A stretch of 64,000 bases of DNA from a virus. Lineage: Duplodnaviria > Caudoviricetes. Both the position numbers and the translations under genes were made by a program. Location: the IMG/VR virus record IMGVR_UViG_3300037067_026422; one strand, given 5' to 3'. Positions 57,855 to 64,000 of the stretch are shown one piece after another. Position 1 is the stretch's first letter; each line of letters begins with the position of its first letter. A model generated the notes under the pieces. That model saw only the letters and a list, made by a program, of their open reading frames with translations, had not been told where the DNA came from and ran no database searches.

Positions 57855-60047
57855 TCAAGCGAATCGAGACAAGTAATCCTGGTAGGCTAATCTTATACCT
57901 TCTTCAAGTCCTGTCTGTGGTTTCCACCCCATAGCATATATACGAGAAGAATCTATAAGTTTTCTTGGGGTACCGTCCGGTTTAGAAGGATCTGTGACTA
58001 TTTTTCCTTGATATCCAACTATTTTTTTTATAATCTCTGCCAGATCCTTGATTCTCACTTCAAATCCGGACCCAACATTGATGGTTTTGGAGTTACTGTA
58101 GTTTTGCATGAGAAAAATACATGCATCTGCCAGATCATCCACATATAAGAATTCCCTTAAAGGATTACCGGTGCCCCATATGACTACTTCAGGAGCATTG
58201 CTAATTTTGGCTTCATGAATTCTTCTCAACAGTGCCGGAAGAACATGTGAATTATCAGGATGATATGAGTCACCAACCCCAAAAAGGTTTGTGGGCATAC
58301 AACTAATAAAATTTGTATTATACTGCCTGTTATATGACTCACACATCATTATTCCGGCAATTTTAGCCAGAGCGTAGGGAGCATTGGTAGGTTCAAGTGC
58401 TCCTGTCATCAGAGCCTCCTCGGTGATAGGCTGAGGAGCATATCTAGGGTAGATGCAGTTATGAACTACAAAACCATTACAGGTATAAGTATAATCCTCA
58501 TCAACAGATAAGTCATGCACCAGACCCTTGTACGGGATGTTTGATAGGGATTTTATTCCCATATATATACAACTGTCTTTAAACTCTACCGAGGTGTTTA
58601 TACTCTTACCTCTACTCTGGAATCTCATGTCTAATATATTTATACCAAATAGTTCAGCCCACTTACCAGTTATTCTTAAATGATACTTTGTATTTTGGTT
58701 TATGGTTCTACCGTCAAGAACTTTGGTAGCTGGAAGCTTTTTAATGTACACGCTGGATAGTACCCCCAATCGAGCAAGGAGCATCTGAAGGTCATACATA
58801 AGTTCTTTGGAGGTACTAGCAGTAGCAGCTAAATACTGACTCTGTCTGTCTTTTCTTGGGGCAAAGTGACCATCACCAAACCAATATCCTTTAATAAAAT
58901 CTTTTATTACTAAGTCTGATTCATTATATTTTATAAAATCGGGGATTATTTTAGGAAACGTGCCTTTAACATTACCCTCTTCATACCCTTCATAAAATTG
59001 ATTGAAATAGTCAAACAAAACTTCGTTTGAAACCGTCAGGGTATAGCATACCTTTTTCTTTACCAAGTTTAAACGATCGTCGGTAATCTTTAAAAGTTCT
59101 TCTTCTATTACTTTAAGCTTTTCTATATCTTTGGAAAAACCAACTTGATGTTTACTTCCTCTTTTTCCAGATTTATTACCTGATATATGCCCATCAGCAA
59201 CAAAGAACCCACTTATAAACCCTAACCCGTCAACCAAATCAAATTCTTTACCCTTTATCTTGAAACCATATGGGATGTCCCCATGCCTCCACCCATCAAG
59301 AATCGATCTGCTAAGTCCATGTATTCGACTAAATTCGCATAAATTAGCCCCTTTTTCAAAGCTTTTAAATTCAATAAAAGCATCATATTTCCTTTCTAAC
59401 CCTTTATCTGTAAAAATATTAACTTTTGTTGGATACCTCCGTTGGATGTCTATAGGTATAACTAATATGTCTTTTGGTGTTAGATCCCCAGCTTTTTTGA
59501 AACCTGAATCTACAGTATATATCCTATGTTCCGATGTACACTCTATTCTATTCCACCCCCAAAAATTAATTCTTAATATATTCTCTTCTATTTCTCTCTT
59601 GTGGGTTTTTAAGATAGGCATATACCTATTTTTGTCAGTGAGAACCTTATCCCCTACCCTAATATCCTGTATAAATTTGAATCCAGTATCTGTTTTTATT
59701 ATGGAGTCTGGCACAAAACAGCTGCTACCAAGTTGGAGTAACTTTTTAACCTTATTTCTATGGGCAGCTTCCAAAACATTACACTGTATCTGAAGATTTT
59801 GATAGATAAAATCAGCAGGATAAGTATTATTAGCATAGATCCCGCCTACTTTAGCTGCAGCGAGAAAAATGTAATCGGGTTTATTCTCTTCTATATACTG
59901 AAAAGTAGCATGTTGATCTATAAGGTCAAGATCTCCGTGGGAGATGGTTAGAATGTTATAGTAACCACCTTTTTTAAGCATTCTTACTATGGCTGACCCC
60001 ACCAGCCCTGAGTGACCTGCTACAAAGATCTTATTTTGGATATCCAT
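57855..60047 (-). CDS. fcl: GDP-L-fucose synthase (GMER) interrupted by an intein
   Basis: GHSGLVG, AAKVGGI.AN, LGSS|CIYP, YALAK, PTNLFG, SHVLPAL, WGTG.P.REF, KPDGTPRK; spliced extein is 309 aa. Confidence 0.93.
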   Translation of the reverse strand: MDIQNKIFVAGHSGLVGSAIVRMLKKGGYYNILTISHGDLDLIDQHATFQYIEENKPDYIFLAAAKVGGIYANNTYPADFIYQNLQIQCNVLEAAHRNKVKKLLQLGSSCFVPDSIIKTDTGFKFIQDIRVGDKVLTDKNRYMPILKTHKREIEENILRINFWGWNRIECTSEHRIYTVDSGFKKAGDLTPKDILVIPIDIQRRYPTKVNIFTDKGLERKYDAFIEFKSFEKGANLCEFSRIHGLSRSILDGWRHGDIPYGFKIKGKEFDLVDGLGFISGFFVADGHISGNKSGKRGSKHQVGFSKDIEKLKVIEEELLKITDDRLNLVKKKVCYTLTVSNEVLFDYFNQFYEGYEEGNVKGTFPKIIPDFIKYNESDLVIKDFIKGYWFGDGHFAPRKDRQSQYLAATASTSKELMYDLQMLLARLGVLSSVYIKKLPATKVLDGRTINQNTKYHLRITGKWAELFGINILDMRFQSRGKSINTSVEFKDSCIYMGIKSLSNIPYKGLVHDLSVDEDYTYTCNGFVVHNCIYPRYAPQPITEEALMTGALEPTNAPYALAKIAGIMMCESYNRQYNTNFISCMPTNLFGVGDSYHPDNSHVLPALLRRIHEAKISNAPEVVIWGTGNPLREFLYVDDLADACIFLMQNYSNSKTINVGSGFEVRIKDLAEIIKKIVGYQGKIVTDPSKPDGTPRKLIDSSRIYAMGWKPQTGLEEGIRLAYQDYLSRFA
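58458..59720 (-). mobile_element. Intein with LAGLIDADG homing endonuclease (421 aa)
   Basis: Starts CFVPDS, block B CTSEH, LAGLIDADG-like FISGFFVADG and FIKGYWFGDG, ends VVHN followed by Cys. Confidence 0.93.
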
Positions 60048-60112
60048 ATGCTATCTCCTTATACGAATGATAGCATATTAGGAGAGTATCATAGACTTAC
60101 CTTAACAAGGTT

Positions 60113-60784
60113 TTAATATAGATCCTTACGTATAAATTCAGCATCTGACCATATCCATCCTTCTGGGAGCGGATCATGCACACAAGAAAATCCTCTTGAG
60201 TCCATATATTCTTTCATCTCACTAAATAGGGATTGACCTGTATATGTCTCTCGTCCCCAAATCTCTGTATGAATAATCTTAACACTATTTAGATTTTCGC
60301 CAAGACTTTTTAAAGCAACGAGTTCTGCACCTTGTAAATCCATCCATATTATATCTGGATTAGGTATCTTAAATGTGCCCTGAAAATCAACGAGTCTCAT
60401 ACATGGCACCTCAATTTCATCCTGGATATACGTTTCATGTGGGTATGTTCCATTAGAAACATATATAGATGATGCTTTTGGGTTACCGTCGGGCCATGTA
60501 GTTATAGTTTTTTGCTGGTTAATGGGGTGGAACTTCACTAATCCTGTTCGATCATTTACGCATATTGGAATAAGGGTTATTCTCGGCTTATTTACTATGT
60601 TCTTTGAACAATCATAAATACAAGCAGGATTTGCTTCAAAAGAGTATACCTGAGCATTAACAAAATAGTCAGCAAGAGCAAGGGATTCGGTACAGTCCCC
60701 TGCCCCAACATCATATATAACTTTTATTGAAGCTCGATCAATATACTTATTTATCTTATCTAAAAAAGTGCCTACTAAAGACAT
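60113..60784 (-). CDS. FkbM-family methyltransferase
   Basis: YDVGA, SFEANP, WMDLQGAEL, IHTE, DAEF. Confidence 0.85.
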   Translation of the reverse strand: MSLVGTFLDKINKYIDRASIKVIYDVGAGDCTESLALADYFVNAQVYSFEANPACIYDCSKNIVNKPRITLIPICVNDRTGLVKFHPINQQKTITTWPDGNPKASSIYVSNGTYPHETYIQDEIEVPCMRLVDFQGTFKIPNPDIIWMDLQGAELVALKSLGENLNSVKIIHTEIWGRETYTGQSLFSEMKEYMDSRGFSCVHDPLPEGWIWSDAEFIRKDLY

Positions 60785-60836
60785 ATCATTGTACCTCTTT
60801 TGTGGTAAATATTATTACAGTACTTTTTTAACTGCC

Positions 60837-61433
60837 TTATGTATACTTCTGAAATAAAGTCTGTCTACCCGTAAAAACAATGCTATACCCGTCTTTTACC
60901 GCCCTTTCAGATAGTAGCTTTCCTTTACCCCCAGGAAAAGAACAAGCGGGTATAAGTTCACCATTACAAAAGTCTACATCAGTGTCATCTATTAAAATTA
61001 AACAACCCTCATTCATTATAGCTTTTGCTGCAAGATATGCTTCTAAGTGCTTTTCAGGACTCTCAGGGATATCCACATCCCAGGCATCTAAGTATAGCAG
61101 GTCTATTTTTTTGTCATACTTTTTTATATAATCAATACCATCACAACAGGTAGCTGTACAAGTACTGATCGAATATTTTTTTAAAATATCTATGGATATA
61201 CTTGTCACATTTGGATTTATATCTACGGTATCTAATTCTAATCCAGATGCAGCAAACAAAGCTGTACTATGCCCATCATTGCAACACAAGTAATTATGAC
61301 AATTAAGGTCATGATTAAGGGGTTGTCTTGCAGAACCTATTTCTAATACCCTTTTACCCCCCAAACTTCTTAATAGTTCAATAGTACGTTCGATAAACGT
61401 ATATGGCCTATCTCTTTTATTCTGATCAATCAT
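60837..61433 (-). CDS. Class I SAM methyltransferase-like protein
   Basis: VLEIGS, DGHST, VDI, DLLYLDA, ILIDD, GKG. Confidence 0.8.
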   Translation of the reverse strand: MIDQNKRDRPYTFIERTIELLRSLGGKRVLEIGSARQPLNHDLNCHNYLCCNDGHSTALFAASGLELDTVDINPNVTSISIDILKKYSISTCTATCCDGIDYIKKYDKKIDLLYLDAWDVDIPESPEKHLEAYLAAKAIMNEGCLILIDDTDVDFCNGELIPACSFPGGKGKLLSERAVKDGYSIVFTGRQTLFQKYT

Positions 61434-61458
61434 ACTTGCTCTCTCAAATTTAAGATAT

Positions 61459-62229
61459 TCACCATTTAGTATTATTTATGCACCAGGAATGCATCGTAAT
61501 AACATCATAGTCAAGACTTTTTGAGCTACGTATTATATCTTCTATCTCTTTATCCGTATATACCGTATCTAATGGGTTTTCCTGAGGTTTTCCCCGAACT
61601 ATTGTTTTTAATTCCTTAAAGGTGTAAAAACCTGGATGAAACAAATGCATATACCCCCCGTATAACTCTGGCTCTGCCGGGTAACAGGTACTATTTATTA
61701 TTTCTTGAGATTTTTTTATAAAAGATTCCAAAGTGTAGTGATACCTCTGTAGCATTTCGTTTATCATAGATTTACTAAAAAAATTCATATCAGCTACAAA
61801 GGACTTGTCAAAAACTCTCCCAAAACCAAACATCTTCTCTTGAAAGTTAAAATATTGTGTATGATTGTGCGGCACAGAGGAATACCATATGGGTTTACCA
61901 TCTGCAGTAAAAAATGGAAGATTTCTATTTATAAGATTATCAGTATCTATAGTGACATAGAAGTCATTTTTAGTTACCTTCTGAAAAAGCTTAAGAAATT
62001 GCTGATATACCCAGCTAGGACGATGTTCCCATAAAAGCGGATTAACATCTAATATCTCTTTGTCTAAATAATAGAAAATATTACCTTTTTGTATCCCTAA
62101 GTCTATTTTTGTAGGAGTACTAATATAGATATTCTCATAACCAGGCACGTTCTCTTCAATTGCCCTTATAGTATAGGGTAGCTTTATATAATCCTTTTTA
62201 GCACAGCATAAAAATATATCAAATTTCAT
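61459..62229 (-). CDS. GT-A fold glycosyltransferase-like protein (DUF6492-like)
   Basis: WVYQQFLKL, IDTD (DxD), E.ELYG. Confidence 0.7.
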   Translation of the reverse strand: MKFDIFLCCAKKDYIKLPYTIRAIEENVPGYENIYISTPTKIDLGIQKGNIFYYLDKEILDVNPLLWEHRPSWVYQQFLKLFQKVTKNDFYVTIDTDNLINRNLPFFTADGKPIWYSSVPHNHTQYFNFQEKMFGFGRVFDKSFVADMNFFSKSMINEMLQRYHYTLESFIKKSQEIINSTCYPAEPELYGGYMHLFHPGFYTFKELKTIVRGKPQENPLDTVYTDKEIEDIIRSSKSLDYDVITMHSWCINNTKW

Positions 62230-62282
62230 TATTATTGGTCTTCCAGACTAAAAAAATTAAATATAACTCCATATCGAGCTTT

Positions 62283-63017
62283 TTAAAAATCCCCAGTTCT
62301 TAACTGATAATTCCATAAGTCATCGTTAATCTTTATCCTTTTTTCCCGCTCTACATCATTTAATGAGTAGTCCCTAGAATGTTCTATATGATAGGTTATT
62401 AAATCGTCCCGGTTTTTTATCCTAATTTGATTTTTTAATACTCTTTTAACAAAGTTAGCATCTTCATAAGCAATGCCTTTACTAAACCTCTCATCGAAAC
62501 CCCCACATTTACTATAATTTTCTCTGGAGATTACTGTACAAAAATGATAATTAAAATTATTACCTAATGTAGTATGCTGAAACCAATAGTGAAACTTAAA
62601 TTCACTATTCAAATAGCTACCCCCATCCTTTATTAAAAATACAGAAGAACAGGCACATACTATATAGCTATTAAAATCCTCTAAGTCTAACTCACTTAAA
62701 ATATCCATAGTATGGGGGGTTTCAGGATTAGTCAAGATAATCCTGTCCCCAACAGATTCTTTTACGCCTAAGTTATACTTAGTAGAAGGATTATAAGACT
62801 CTATAGGGTCTACTATCAATCTTATACTTATTCTTTCTTTAAACTTATCAACTATGGATATCAAAGTATCGTGTAATTCTTTTATATTGTTATTCTTAGA
62901 ATCCTCTACTATAACTATCTCATAGTCTTTTCTCCCACCATAAAAGTGGCAAAAAGAATCTAATGCGAATCTCATATCTGGTTTACTAAAATAAGGCATT
63001 ATAAAAGAATATTTCAT
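62283..63017 (-). CDS. Family 2 glycosyltransferase
   Basis: SFIMPY, VIVED, NLGV, GGFDERF..GIAYED, HIEH. Confidence 0.85.
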   Translation of the reverse strand: MKYSFIMPYFSKPDMRFALDSFCHFYGGRKDYEIVIVEDSKNNNIKELHDTLISIVDKFKERISIRLIVDPIESYNPSTKYNLGVKESVGDRIILTNPETPHTMDILSELDLEDFNSYIVCACSSVFLIKDGGSYLNSEFKFHYWFQHTTLGNNFNYHFCTVISRENYSKCGGFDERFSKGIAYEDANFVKRVLKNQIRIKNRDDLITYHIEHSRDYSLNDVEREKRIKINDDLWNYQLRTGDF

Positions 63018-63029
63018 AAGTGGGTCATC

Positions 63030-63941
63030 CTATATATTGTATACTTTTTTTAACCACGCTATAGTCATAGGAACACCCTCATCAAGAGTAATCCTAGGGT
63101 TATGACCAAATTGCTTAATAGCCTTACTGATGTCAGGTCGTTTGTTTACTACATTATGCTTATCTTCAGGTAAGTATGTCACTAATTCTTTACTAGCCCC
63201 TGTACACTTTAGTATAATGTCACTTAATTCCTCGACACTTCTATACTCTGTGCCCCCTATGTTGTACACTTCACCTGGTACAAAATTTTCACAAACACTT
63301 GCCAAAGTAGGAATAAAATCATTTATGTACATGAATACCCTACTATAACCCTTATATACTGTCCAGGGTTTTCCAAACAAAGCCCTGTAGCAGAATAAGC
63401 ATACAACACTTCTATAATGATGATAATATTCTCCAGGCCCATATGCATTAAAAAATCGACATCTAACTACTTCATTATTGTGCCGCTTCTCATAATTCAT
63501 TATTTGTACTTCATTGACCCATTTTGTTACGGCATAATCATTATGCTGTATAATGGGAGTCTTACTTGGTAAATCCTCGGTTAATATCGGAAGGGTAACA
63601 TCCCCGTATATCTCAGAAGAACTTGCAAAAATTAACTTGAATTTATATATTCTTTGCATTTCTAAAATATTTCTTGTACCTATAACATTAGTTTGCCATA
63701 AGGTATCATAATACTCCTCACCATTTATTCTACCAAACTCTGCAGCCAAATGATATACATAATCAAATTTATCTTTGAAAACCTTTTCTAACTGTCTATA
63801 ATTACTGACATCAGCTCTAATATAGTCATCTTCATTAGTGTGCATAAGATCACATTGGAATACCCTATGCCCTCTCAATTTTAATTCATTAACAAGAGGC
63901 ACCCCCAATGTCCCCATACTTCCAGTTACCAGTATATTCAT
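63030..63941 (-). CDS. NAD-dependent nucleotide-sugar epimerase/dehydratase
   Basis: TGSMGTLG, HLAA, ASSSEIYG, YAVTK (YxxxK), RFFNAYGP. Confidence 0.9.
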   Translation of the reverse strand: MNILVTGSMGTLGVPLVNELKLRGHRVFQCDLMHTNEDDYIRADVSNYRQLEKVFKDKFDYVYHLAAEFGRINGEEYYDTLWQTNVIGTRNILEMQRIYKFKLIFASSSEIYGDVTLPILTEDLPSKTPIIQHNDYAVTKWVNEVQIMNYEKRHNNEVVRCRFFNAYGPGEYYHHYRSVVCLFCYRALFGKPWTVYKGYSRVFMYINDFIPTLASVCENFVPGEVYNIGGTEYRSVEELSDIILKCTGASKELVTYLPEDKHNVVNKRPDISKAIKQFGHNPRITLDEGVPMTIAWLKKVYNI

Positions 63942-64000
63942 ATAAAATCCTTTCAAAGGTGTATAATTAATAACTTTACAATTTTCTTAGCAGCACTTGA

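Noticed and set aside
1-64000. tRNA, rRNA or CRISPR arrays
   Set aside because: No cloverleaf, rRNA-like or repeat-spacer pattern was seen by eye, and intergenic gaps are mostly too short; tRNAscan/Infernal would be needed to exclude them fully.
1-64000. Eukaryotic giant virus or bacterial chromosome origin
   Set aside because: Shine-Dalgarno sites, ATGA coupling and sigma70-like promoters argue for a prokaryotic host, while the dense unknown small ORFs, fibre genes and lack of housekeeping operons argue for a phage. No capsid or terminase gene is in the window, so this remains inference.

Overview
This 64-kb, AT-rich, gene-dense window looks like part of a large (jumbo-type) dsDNA bacteriophage genome. 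I found no rRNA, tRNA, CRISPR or host core genes. It has two oppositely oriented blocks. Block 1 (1-43795, almost all + strand) holds about 95 short, often translationally coupled ORFs with sigma70-like TTGnnn-16/17-TATATT promoters. It includes a host-conflict toolkit: Rnl2-type RNA ligase, R2K ATP-grasp, radical SAM, rhomboid protease, ABC-type ATPase, RNase HIII-like, MazG-NadD fusion, an inverted REC-HD-GYP, NDT-like, NADAR, MESH1-like HD hydrolase, WGR-PARP, macrodomain, ADP-ribose NUDIX, nicotinamidase, a dispersed vWA/PP2C/kinase (TerY-P-like) triad, an HNH endonuclease and an RpoN-box protein. Block 2 (43792-64000, - strand) encodes Thr-rich collagen-like fibres with RCC1 and malectin tip proteins, embedded among glycosyltransferases, methyltransferases, an epimerase and an intein-containing GDP-L-fucose synthase. 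The most striking unexplained element is a 14-member family of ~100-120-aa paralogues. They share an N-terminal Y-x3-[ED]-x3-L motif and a C-terminal P-L-[YHF]-[IL]-N-x(7-11)-W-R-L-x4-stop motif around a hypervariable core. Nine of them form a tandem array directly upstream of the PARP gene. All calls come from motif reading by eye; no database searches were run.
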